Below the pieces are notes generated by a model that was given only the letters and a program-made list of their open reading frames with translations, was not told the DNA's origin and ran no database searches. Source: Candidatus Altiarchaeota archaeon (GTDB lineage Archaea > Altiarchaeota > Altiarchaeia > IMC4 > SCGC-AAA252-I15). From it: a stretch of 25,129 nucleotides of DNA. The position numbers and the translations under genes are program-made. This document shows, piece by piece, positions 17,095-25,129 of this stretch. Location: contig JAHIYG010000277.1 in assembly GCA_018815265.1 (NCBI GenBank), positions 1 to 25,129 on the forward strand, given 5' to 3'. Every line of letters starts with the position of its first letter. Position 1 is the first letter of the stretch.

Positions 17095-18336
17095 GTGGAC
17101 TATCAAGAGTCGCTTGATTACCTGAAAATACTTGAAAAACTCGGCATCAAATTCAGGCTAGAGAATACAAGGGAACTGATTTCTGCATTGGGGTTTGACT
17201 ATGATGGACTGGTTGTCCATGTGGCGGGTACAAACGGAAAGGGCTCATGCGCTGCAACGCTAGCCTCGATAATATCTTGTTTCGGGAAAAAGGTCGGACT
17301 CTACACCTCCCCCGAGCTTGTTGATTTCAGGGAGAGGATAAAGGTCGACGGTGTTATGATTTCTCCTGAAAAATTCTCTGAAATAACCTCAAACTTGAAA
17401 CCATTGATTGATTCAATGCAGGACAAACCAACCTTCTTCGAGGCTACTACTGCGTTGGCGCTTAAACATTTCGCAGACGAAGGTGTTGATGCTATGGTTT
17501 TGGAAGCAGGTATGGGTGGCAGATTAGACAGCACAAACGCAATACCTGGTGACATGTCTATAATAACAAACGTCTCCCTTGACCATATGGGATATCTTGG
17601 CTCCACAGCTTCAGAGATTGCATTTGAGAAGTCAGGCATCATCACCCCTGGCACCTGCCTTGTTACCTCTGCAAAAGAGCCAGGGCTTTCAGTTTTGCAT
17701 CGGGAGTCAATAAAGAAGAAATCTGAAATCATGCGTCTTGGCAAGGAATTCAGAATATCTAATGTGGTGCCCACTTTACTGGAGACGTCTTTCACAGTGG
17801 AGACTGCAGCTGACACCTATATATTGAAGTCGCCGTTGATTGGGGATTTCCAAGCTGAAAACATAGCCTGTGCAGTGGTGGCAGCCGAAAAAATAGGGAT
17901 TGCAAAAGACAAGATAGTGGAGGGCGTTTCGAGGACTGTATGGCAGGGTAGAATGCAGACTGTTTCAGAGAAACCACACATAATAGTCGACTGCGCCCAC
18001 AACCCGGAAGGCTTCAAGAGAACTCTTGACTTCATAAGACATCGGGGCAAGTACAGGAAACTCATATTGGTTGTCGGATTCTCAAAGGACAAAGACTACT
18101 CTTCCATGCTGTCTCACATCAGTCTCTCAGACACTATCATAGCAACAAGGTACCAGGGAGAGCGTTCACTGTCGCCTGATAAAATATTGGAACATGTTAA
18201 TGGACTAGCCTATCATGACCTGCAGTCGGCATTAACCTATGCGACATCGACTGCGTCAGATAAAGACATTATATTGGTGAATGGTTCCATATACCTTGCT
18301 GGCGAGGCATTGAGGCTATTTTCTCCTACTAACTAA
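17095..18336 (+). CDS. folC: Folylpolyglutamate synthase/dihydrofolate synthase
   Basis: HVAGTNGKGS, GLYTSPEL..FRERI, TFFEATT, LEAGMGGRLDSTN, ITNVSLDH..YLG, WQGRMQ, IVDCAHNP, GSIYLAGE. Confidence 0.96.
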   Translation: MDYQESLDYLKILEKLGIKFRLENTRELISALGFDYDGLVVHVAGTNGKGSCAATLASIISCFGKKVGLYTSPELVDFRERIKVDGVMISPEKFSEITSNLKPLIDSMQDKPTFFEATTALALKHFADEGVDAMVLEAGMGGRLDSTNAIPGDMSIITNVSLDHMGYLGSTASEIAFEKSGIITPGTCLVTSAKEPGLSVLHRESIKKKSEIMRLGKEFRISNVVPTLLETSFTVETAADTYILKSPLIGDFQAENIACAVVAAEKIGIAKDKIVEGVSRTVWQGRMQTVSEKPHIIVDCAHNPEGFKRTLDFIRHRGKYRKLILVVGFSKDKDYSSMLSHISLSDTIIATRYQGERSLSPDKILEHVNGLAYHDLQSALTYATSTASDKDIILVNGSIYLAGEALRLFSPTN

Positions 18337-18771
18337 CTCCCCCCAAACTGTGACTTCATTAATAAGATTCGGCCTATCCTTCTGTTCTGGACCCCACCAG
18401 ATATTTCTAGCTTCATTGTCTGTGAATTTCCCCAGTAGGTCTTTAACAGAAGGTTTCATCTGAGTGGTATGTGATGTTTCATCCATCTTCTGAACACATA
18501 TTTTATCTCTTGTGCTGTTTCTTGGGTCGCAGCTGTATCTTACCCCTGCATAGTCTCTGAAGTCGATGTCCATGCACTCTCCAGTCTCTAAAACCCTCAC
18601 TGCCTGCTGGTCTGAAGACCCTGATGAAACCTGAATCCATTTTCCATCAACCTTTATGATATCCTGAGCATCAGGCCGTTTTCCTGGCTGAAGTTGAGGC
18701 TGTGCAACCGCGAACTCCTTAACCTCCACAGGAATAACCTCCATGGGGTTTCTCCCCCTATCTCGTAGCAT
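18316..18771 (-). CDS. Hypothetical protein
   Basis: Open frame with ordinary composition filling the gap between folC and the lipoprotein gene; ATG at 18771 or 18744 (track start 18831 overlaps the upstream gene). No family recognised. Confidence 0.55.
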   Translation of the reverse strand: MLRDRGRNPMEVIPVEVKEFAVAQPQLQPGKRPDAQDIIKVDGKWIQVSSGSSDQQAVRVLETGECMDIDFRDYAGVRYSCDPRNSTRDKICVQKMDETSHTTQMKPSVKDLLGKFTDNEARNIWWGPEQKDRPNLINEVTVWGELVSRRK

Positions 18772-18802
18772 CAAATAAATTTGGGGGCATCTAGAATAAA
18801 TC

Positions 18803-19282
18803 TTAACTACACCTGCATTTCGGCCCTCCACCAGCTTTGAGGTTTCCTGGGGAGTACTCGCATCTGTCTCCGGTTGTGTAGCAGCATCCCATTTTACAAT
18901 TGTCTGGGCTTGGATATCTTATCTCGCTGCAATGAAGCATGCAGGGTGCAGTAGTGGTTGACGTAGTAGATGATGTCGTCGTGGATGTTGATGTGGTTGG
19001 TGGGTTATGATGGCCTCTGAACGCTTCAATCACATCGTCTGTCACATTGAAGCCATATATTGTGGTTGTTGATGGCTTTGTGGAGGTTGTAGATGAGCTA
19101 GTAGTGGTTGATGTGGTTGCCACATTCTTTGTCTGGTTGTTGACGCTCAATTCCTTTGTCAGGTATTCTTTTATGAACTCGTCGTCTTCGGATTCATTAA
19201 CACTACTATCTTCTTTGTTTTCCTCGTTCCACAGACACCCTAGAAACAGTATGACTATGATAATTGATGCAGCGACCTTCAC
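18803..19282 (-). CDS. Predicted lipoprotein/secreted protein with Thr/Ser-rich linkers and 8-Cys C-terminal domain
   Basis: MKVAASIIIVILFLGCL (archaeal lipobox-like), acidic stretch, TTSTTTSSSTTST and PPTTSTSTTTSSTTSTTTAP, then CMLHC...C...CC...C...CRCS. Confidence 0.8.
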   Translation of the reverse strand: MKVAASIIIVILFLGCLWNEENKEDSSVNESEDDEFIKEYLTKELSVNNQTKNVATTSTTTSSSTTSTKPSTTTIYGFNVTDDVIEAFRGHHNPPTTSTSTTTSSTTSTTTAPCMLHCSEIRYPSPDNCKMGCCYTTGDRCEYSPGNLKAGGGPKCRCS

Positions 19283-19292
19283 AGGTTAACTA

Positions 19293-19390
19293 TAGCAAAT
19301 CAGCTAAATATGTGAACGCATGCTGATTCGCTAGTAACCGATAAGGTTTAACAAAGGTAAAAGTTCAAAAATTTGCCTTATCGGTTATTA
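19293..19390. repeat. Two abutting inverted repeats filling the lipoprotein/purN intergenic region
   Basis: TAGC-A-AATCAGC (19293-19304) / GCTGATT-C-GCTA (19322-19333); perfect 12-bp TAACCGATAAGG (19335-19346) / CCTTATCGGTTA (19376-19387). Confidence 0.8.
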
Positions 19391-19418
19391 AATACTTTTG
19401 CCTAAAATATCTTCCTAT

Positions 19419-20057
19419 ATGGCTCGTATTGGGGTTTTGGCGTCAGGGTCTGGAAGCAATTTCCAAGCACTCATAGATGCAGTGGAGTCAGGCTACATCC
19501 CAGATAGTAAGATAGTTGTTTTGATATCTGACAAACCAGGTGTTTTGGCGTTGGAGCGGGCAAAAAAACATGGGATAGAAGCCGTATATGTTGACGTGAA
19601 ATGCTTTCACACACGCGAGGGCATAGACAATAAAATCGTCTCAGAGCTGAGTAAAAGAAAGGTGGAGATAGTATGTCTTGCAGGATATATGCGGATTGTA
19701 ACTCGTGTGTTATTGAAAAAGTTCCCAGAGAGGGTCTTAAACATCCACCCTGCGCTGCTTCCTAGTTTTCCAGGGTTGCATGCCCAGGCCCAGGCATATG
19801 AGTACGGTGTTAAAATAAGTGGTTGCACTGTTCACTTCGTCGATGACCGTGTCGACCACGGCCCCATAATAATACAGGCTGCAGTTCCTGTTTTGGAAAA
19901 TGAGGATAATGAGTCCCTTAGGAAAAGGATTTTGGCTGCTGAACACAAAATATACCCTCACGCACTGAAATGGCTTGTTGAAGGCAGATTGAAGGTGGTG
20001 GGTCGTCGTGTCAAGGTAGAAGGAGTCTCCCAAGCAGCGCAAGTGTTAGTGGAATGA
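19419..20057 (+). CDS. purN: Phosphoribosylglycinamide formyltransferase
   Basis: IGVLASGSGSNFQALI, LAGYMRI, LNIHPALLPSFPG, SGCTVHFVDDRVDHGPII.Q, EHKIYP. ATG 19419 (TTATTAAATA at 19385-19394 upstream); track TTG 19398 is an alternative. Confidence 0.97.
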   Translation: MARIGVLASGSGSNFQALIDAVESGYIPDSKIVVLISDKPGVLALERAKKHGIEAVYVDVKCFHTREGIDNKIVSELSKRKVEIVCLAGYMRIVTRVLLKKFPERVLNIHPALLPSFPGLHAQAQAYEYGVKISGCTVHFVDDRVDHGPIIIQAAVPVLENEDNESLRKRILAAEHKIYPHALKWLVEGRLKVVGRRVKVEGVSQAAQVLVE

Positions 20058-20595
20058 CTATGTTGTCGTCCCAGAAGCTGAGTAATTCTATGACTGCACC
20101 AACAAAAGAGAAGAGTAGTGCATGTGTTGGATTGATGAAAAATGACGTGGCTACTGCTGCTGTCACAAAGAAACCTAGTGTTCCTTCAATGCTTTTCTCC
20201 CCGATTTTATGTCTTCCGTATCTTCTCCCAACAAGGTTTGAAAAACTGTCCCCAACACTTAATACAAGTATTGCAGCCACGGCATAGTCTGTTGGAAGAA
20301 GAACTATCGGGAAAATAATGCCATACCCGTAAAATATGGCTCCTTTGAACGGGAAACGTTCGATGTCCTTTTTGCGTTCGAAATGATACATGAGATGGTT
20401 CATTATCTTGAGTTTTGGCCTTATCTTCGGAAGAACATGCAATAAAACCAATGCAATAAGGAGAGGCACTAGAAGCCATAAATCATATGCTGGTTTAAGG
20501 TAGTGCACAGCCAAAGCTATCGCACATCCGTTCAACAGATGCACAGCCTGCCGTTTAAATTCTAAAGAGTTTTCGTCCAAACTAGACACCAACAC
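20011..20595 (-). CDS. Dolichol/phytol kinase-like membrane protein (CTP_transf_1/SEC59 family)
   Basis: KRQAVHL, GDSFSNLVGRRYG, KSIEGT, IELLS.WDDNIVIPL; polytopic. Confidence 0.85.
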   Translation of the reverse strand: MLVSSLDENSLEFKRQAVHLLNGCAIALAVHYLKPAYDLWLLVPLLIALVLLHVLPKIRPKLKIMNHLMYHFERKKDIERFPFKGAIFYGYGIIFPIVLLPTDYAVAAILVLSVGDSFSNLVGRRYGRHKIGEKSIEGTLGFFVTAAVATSFFINPTHALLFSFVGAVIELLSFWDDNIVIPLTLALLGRLLLP

Positions 20596-20631
20596 AGATT
20601 ATATTCAATTTCTGACTAAAATAGAATACTA

Positions 20632-20667
20632 AAGCAATAATGCCACGGCATTGCTTCAGTTTTTTTT
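20632..20667 (+). terminator. Hairpin followed by T8 tract (terminator-like; no directly upstream + strand gene)
   Basis: AAGC-AAT-AATGCC-AC-GGCATT-GCTT (20632-20656) then T tract 20660-20667, in the divergent kinase/GT2 intergenic region. Confidence 0.3.
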
Positions 20668-20733
20668 ATTGTTCTTGAGGAGGAGATATTTATTATATTA
20701 GGGGGTAATGTGTAATCTGGTTTACTACTTAAA

Positions 20734-21999
20734 ATGGCGTCAATTCACCTATCTTTGCTTTACACGGTCTGGGTTTTACTGACCTACTTTTTCATGCTAA
20801 CTATAGTCACACTCTTCAGAAACAGAAGTGACTTTCATAAAAGTCCAGAAAAAAAGCATAATCTTCTCCCGCGAGTTGCCATATTGATACCTGCATACAA
20901 CGAAGAAAGATGCATTGAAGACACTATCAAATCATGCCTTGAAATAGAGTACCCACGGAATAAATTTGAAATTCTGGTTGTAAACGATGGTTCAAAGGAT
21001 AATACTGGCGAAATCTGCAAAAAATACGCCGCATCAGGCAAAATCAAGTATTTGGAAAACCAGCCCAATCAGGGGAAAAGCACAGCACTAAACCGTGGCT
21101 TTGAAAATCTGGATGCAGAATATGTAGCCACAATAGATGCGGACACAATTGTCGAGAAAGACATAATCCATAAGGTATTGCCTTACTTTACGTCAGATGA
21201 CATAGCGGCTGTGACTGTTGCGATAAAGGTGAGAGATGCAAAAAACCTACTCCAGAAGGTTGTGGAAATAGAATATGAGCTTGGAAACGGCTTTTACAAC
21301 AAAATACTCACATACCTCAACTGTCTTTTTGTAACTCCTGGTCAGTTCAGTATATACCGCCGAGAAAAAGTTTTAGAGCTTGGCGGCTTTGACAAAGACA
21401 ACATCGTAGAAGACACTGAAATAGCATATAGGATGCACAAAAATTCCATGAAAATAGCATGTTGTCCAAACGCAAAAGTATACACCATTGTACCCAACAA
21501 CATCAAAGACCTTTACTACCAGAGGAAGAGATGGTATACTGGGACCATACAGACTATTTTGCAGCATAAGGATGTTATATTCAACCGCAGACTCGGAGCG
21601 TTCGGAATGTATTTCGTGCCATTTAACTATGGTGGGACCATATTTGCAACCTTTCTGTCGATCTCTCTTCTTTTAATGATATTCAGCAACCTCATGCATT
21701 CAGTCTCAAACATGAGCCTTATAAATTTCGACTTAATACCCCTTATTAAACCCGCGTTGACGCAGGATTCTTTGGATCCACTAAATCTTAGCATGTACTA
21801 TCTGCTTGGCCTCACACCCCTTTTTCTGCATGCTACTGCATCATACCTTGGTCTGAAAACAATGGGCAACAGTGTCAGAAGAAACATTTCAGGATTTGTA
21901 GGCTTCATGTTTTTTTTCATACCATACCAAATTATGTGGGTTTTATGCATGTATTTTGCAGCTGCAAAAAGGAGAGTTAAATGGCGGGCGGGAATGTGA
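20734..21999 (+). CDS. Processive GT2 glycosyltransferase (IcaA/PgaC/cellulose-synthase-like)
   Basis: N-terminal TM, ILIPAYNEE, VVNDGSKD, GKSTALN, TIDAD, VEDTE, YQRKRW (D,D,D,QxxRW), C-terminal TMs. Confidence 0.9.
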   Translation: MASIHLSLLYTVWVLLTYFFMLTIVTLFRNRSDFHKSPEKKHNLLPRVAILIPAYNEERCIEDTIKSCLEIEYPRNKFEILVVNDGSKDNTGEICKKYAASGKIKYLENQPNQGKSTALNRGFENLDAEYVATIDADTIVEKDIIHKVLPYFTSDDIAAVTVAIKVRDAKNLLQKVVEIEYELGNGFYNKILTYLNCLFVTPGQFSIYRREKVLELGGFDKDNIVEDTEIAYRMHKNSMKIACCPNAKVYTIVPNNIKDLYYQRKRWYTGTIQTILQHKDVIFNRRLGAFGMYFVPFNYGGTIFATFLSISLLLMIFSNLMHSVSNMSLINFDLIPLIKPALTQDSLDPLNLSMYYLLGLTPLFLHATASYLGLKTMGNSVRRNISGFVGFMFFFIPYQIMWVLCMYFAAAKRRVKWRAGM

Positions 22000-22709
22000 G
22001 AAACTTCATCTATGCAGCGGTAATGACCGCAGTATTGTTTGCTCTTATCTATTCTATGAACCTTTTTCTAGACTCAAAAAGGGAGGTGAATGTTGAAGCA
22101 GGCCAAGAGGACATAATCGAAGACATTGAAGATATCGAGGCATCATATTATCTGATAGAGTACCTTGAGGGCAAAAACGGCTCATGTGAGGCACTTTTGC
22201 AGCAGCTTAATTATCTAGAGTCTCGCCTTTGGAAATTCGACGAGAAAATAAGAAAATACAAGGAAGCCCAGGAAGAGTTTACAGGCGATGAGTTCTACCT
22301 CAAGCAGAAAAGAAGGCTAAACAGGAGGGAGATAATACAACTTTCACTTTTGGAACGAATGAAAAAAGCATGCGGATACAACAACACAGTAATTCTATAT
22401 TTTTATGGAAATTGTAAGACAGAACCAAATTGCGGAGAACAAGGCTTTGTGCTAAGCTATATAAATGAGCTTATTGACCCGGAAATATCAATTTTGTCCT
22501 TTGATGGCGACAGTCATACAGAAGTCGTTAAGACATTAATGAATGCATACAACGTTACTGGATATCCATGTGTCATCGTTGAGGGAAGTACCCACTGTGG
22601 GCTTCAAAACAGGGAAAATATTGAAAAAATACTCTGCGAAACATCTCCTTATCTGTCGATTTGTAGCGCTAATATCAACTCGACCCAAGATTCTGAAAAT
22701 GATAGATGA
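21981..22709 (+). CDS. Membrane-anchored helical protein with C-terminal thioredoxin-like domain
   Basis: N-terminal TM, helical/charged middle, ILYFYGNCKTEPNCGEQGFVLS, SILSFDGD, YNVTGYPCVIVEG; GGAGAG upstream; overlaps both flanking GT2 genes. Confidence 0.7.
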   Translation: MAGGNVRNFIYAAVMTAVLFALIYSMNLFLDSKREVNVEAGQEDIIEDIEDIEASYYLIEYLEGKNGSCEALLQQLNYLESRLWKFDEKIRKYKEAQEEFTGDEFYLKQKRRLNRREIIQLSLLERMKKACGYNNTVILYFYGNCKTEPNCGEQGFVLSYINELIDPEISILSFDGDSHTEVVKTLMNAYNVTGYPCVIVEGSTHCGLQNRENIEKILCETSPYLSICSANINSTQDSENDR

Positions 22710-23976
22710 ACTACTTGCAGTAATCTTTTCAATCTCTATTTTCACATTTACACTTTGGAATATCCTTGCATTACTTCCAGAAAGAAAAAACAAAAAAATT
22801 ATGACCTATCCGACAATCAGTGTTGTAATACCTGCCCACAATGAGGAAAAGGTTATAAAATCAACAATACAAAGCGTCTTGGATGCAACCTATCCAAAGG
22901 ATGTCGAAGTCATTGTTGTCGATGACGGATCAAAGGATGATACTTCAAAAATAGTGTCTGGCATCGCTCGAAAACTTAAAAATGTCAGGCTTTTAAAAAC
23001 AAACCATCTTGGTAAGGCGAAGGCTGTGAATCACGGCATAAAAAACACGGACGCTGAAGTTGTCATAATGCTAGATGCCGACTCTTTCATCTTGCCTGAC
23101 GCACTTATCAAATTCATAGAAGTTTTTCAAGACTCCAATGTAGGCGCAGCATCAGGCATAATACGTGTTGTTTTGAACAAGAATCCTCTCGTATGGTACC
23201 AAGATTTTGAATATGTCTTAAGCTCTATGTGGAGGTACATAATAGACAAACTAGATATTACCTACATCCTCCCTGGCTTTTGTGCTTTTAGGAGAAGGGC
23301 TATAATTGAAGTTGGCGGATTTGAAACAGATACATTATCCGAAGATTTTGACATAGGCTTAAAGCTTAGAAAAGCAGGCTGGCATATAATAATGGGTAAA
23401 TCAGTCATGCACACAAATGTGCCTCAAACCCTAGGCGGTGTTGCAAGACAAAGAATTAGGTGGGGTAGGGGCACAATGCAGGTTATAAGAAAACACAAGG
23501 ATATGGTCTTTAACCCACGACATGGGTTCATAGGTCTTTATGGCCTTCCAAACCAGATATATTTTTTCGTGCAAGGGATAATAATTTTGCCAATAACGTT
23601 CTATCAGGTTTTTGAGGGATATTACAAGTATTTCGTCTCAAACGGACATTACCTAAGTGTTGAGGCGTTAAAGTATTTTTTTGGTTGGGCTTCAGCTTTT
23701 GGGGCGATAGAGCTAATCTACAACGTTAATGCTGGTGTCTGGCCCATGAGTTGGACATTCCCGTTTTTCCTCGTATCCTACATCCTGACAATCTCCTACC
23801 AGCTTCTTGCATGTAAGAAAATGGATGGCTTCAAACCACAGCTTATTTTTTCCCTGGTCTTTTTCTTCCCATACTATCTCTTCACCCTGCTGTTTTTTGT
23901 GATCCCACTACTATCTGAAATAAAACCTAAGAAAAAACAAAATAAGGACGTAAACATCTGGGAGAAAAACATGTGA
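22699..23976 (+). CDS. Second processive GT2 glycosyltransferase
   Basis: SVVIPAHNEE, VVDDGSKD, GKAKAVN, LDAD, LSEDFD, RQRIRW. Real start is ATG 22699 (MIDELL); the track's first 52 residues lie inside the upstream gene. Confidence 0.9.
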   Translation: MIDELLAVIFSISIFTFTLWNILALLPERKNKKIMTYPTISVVIPAHNEEKVIKSTIQSVLDATYPKDVEVIVVDDGSKDDTSKIVSGIARKLKNVRLLKTNHLGKAKAVNHGIKNTDAEVVIMLDADSFILPDALIKFIEVFQDSNVGAASGIIRVVLNKNPLVWYQDFEYVLSSMWRYIIDKLDITYILPGFCAFRRRAIIEVGGFETDTLSEDFDIGLKLRKAGWHIIMGKSVMHTNVPQTLGGVARQRIRWGRGTMQVIRKHKDMVFNPRHGFIGLYGLPNQIYFFVQGIIILPITFYQVFEGYYKYFVSNGHYLSVEALKYFFGWASAFGAIELIYNVNAGVWPMSWTFPFFLVSYILTISYQLLACKKMDGFKPQLIFSLVFFFPYYLFTLLFFVIPLLSEIKPKKKQNKDVNIWEKNM

Positions 23977-23981
23977 AAAAA

Positions 23982-25129
23982 TTACATGCTGCAGATAAAG
24001 GGTACTACAGGGCAAAGACTGACATTTCCTCCTCTGCTGTTGAATTTTTCAATATATGGTTTGTCAATATTTTCAACAGGCGCGCATTTTATGCCTTCCC
24101 TATATAGTGTGTAGTCTTCATTTTCTTCAACGACATATTTTTCTAAATCTTGTTTGTCGATGGATATATTTTCTAGGTTATTTGATTTGAAAATCAATAT
24201 CCACTTACCCTCATTAATTTCTTTTTCAAAAAATTCATATCTTGGCTGTGCTTCAGTAGGTATATCAAAATAGTTTAGATATACCCACCCATTTGACATC
24301 CCGATGCAGCTTCTGTCAACAATTCCAACTGCCTTATCTAGTCCCTTTGGGGGTTGAAGTTGGATATATGCGGCTGTTGCAGTATATGTTAAAAGGGAAA
24401 AACAGATCAAAAACGCAATTTTTTTCCTTTCACAGTCTATTATATGCTCTGAGAATTTTGTTGAAAAATACCCTATTGGAAGTATTAGATTATAGAGATA
24501 TCTCAATTCTTTGAAGGGAGTAAATACATATGAGACTATTGTAATTAGAAAAAAAACAATCATTAATTTACTATTTTTATCTAAACCCTGTTTCAACTCT
24601 TTGATAAATCCTGCAAATGCAAGGAGTATATACATTATTAGGGATGGTGCAGTATCTGAAATTTTTGGACCTGTGAAACCACCATCTTTAACAATCACAT
24701 TGAAAAAATATGAAGATGCCATTGAGTAGAATGGATGGCCTTTTAAAATGAAGTTGTATGTCATCCATGGCGTAAATAAGATGAAAATTACTAAAAAGAA
24801 TTTTAATATCTCCTTTTTGTCTTTACGAAATAGATAGATTACCGCATAAGGGGCGTTTGTGTATCTTGAAAGCAGTGCAAGCCCATAGCTAATTGGGGAT
24901 TTTATGTTGTTTATGTATGTTAGAGAAAGTATGAGAAGGGAAAGTGTTAGAAGTTCTGTTCCTGCTAGAAATCCGAAATTTAATGTATATGAGTTTAGTA
25001 CAAGCGCGTAGAAAAGAATTTTGTTTATTTTTGTTTTTTGGCAGAATTTAAGGCATGAAAAAAGAAAAAGGGCAGATACGAGGAAAATATAGATGTATTC
25101 CCCTGGTTTGTATCCGAAAGAATTTAAAA
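23982..25129 (-). CDS. Partial (5' end outside window) GT-C fold glycosyltransferase-like membrane protein
   Basis: I translated the frame upstream of the track ATG 24764: it is open to the window edge (...FLAGTELLTLSLL...SYGLALLSRYTNA...FTPWMTYNFILKGHPFYS...KELRYL), a PMT/ArnT-like pattern. Confidence 0.75.
   Translation of the reverse strand, partial: LNSFGYKPGEYIYIFLVSALFLFSCLKFCQKTKINKILFYALVLNSYTLNFGFLAGTELLTLSLLILSLTYINNIKSPISYGLALLSRYTNAPYAVIYLFRKDKKEILKFFLVIFILFTPWMTYNFILKGHPFYSMASSYFFNVIVKDGGFTGPKISDTAPSLIMYILLAFAGFIKELKQGLDKNSKLMIVFFLITIVSYVFTPFKELRYLYNLILPIGYFSTKFSEHIIDCERKKIAFLICFSLLTYTATAAYIQLQPPKGLDKAVGIVDRSCIGMSNGWVYLNYFDIPTEAQPRYEFFEKEINEGKWILIFKSNNLENISIDKQDLEKYVVEENEDYTLYREGIKCAPVENIDKPYIEKFNSRGGNVSLCPVVPFICSM

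Noticed and set aside
22543-22698. N-terminal extension of the second GT2
   Set aside because: Lies within the upstream gene in another frame; ATG 22699 gives the expected TM start.

Overview
Gene-dense archaeal chromosomal window. Archaeal origin is shown by a tRNA gene with a perfect bulge-helix-bulge (BHB) intron, methanofuran genes and an archaeal-type lipobox protein; an Altiarchaeota-like lineage is my inference only. Left to right: (i) the 3' end of a surface protein (choice-of-anchor Q-like + apparently truncated IPT/TIG domain); (ii) a methanofuran biosynthesis cluster with two tandem MfnF-family paralogs converging on mfnE-mfnB-hisA-like; (iii) a degenerate UbiA-family gene and a GT-C glycosyltransferase; (iv) tRNA-Arg(UCU) with a 141-nt structured intron, followed by a mini-array of two structured repeats built on the tRNA 3' end and separated by 29-30 nt unique spacers; (v) a tetrahydrofolate C1/purine cluster (glyA, folD, purH, DUF362 Fe-S protein, fhs, folC, purN) interrupted by a divergent GH57 gene and two small genes; (vi) a glycosylation block (dolichol kinase-like, GT2, thioredoxin-like membrane protein, GT2, partial GT-C). 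The most unusual signals are the tRNA-anchored array with the intron, the double-hairpin upstream of purN, and the duplicated divergent MfnF next to a near-complete folate C1 set. All calls come from motif recognition by eye; no searches were run.
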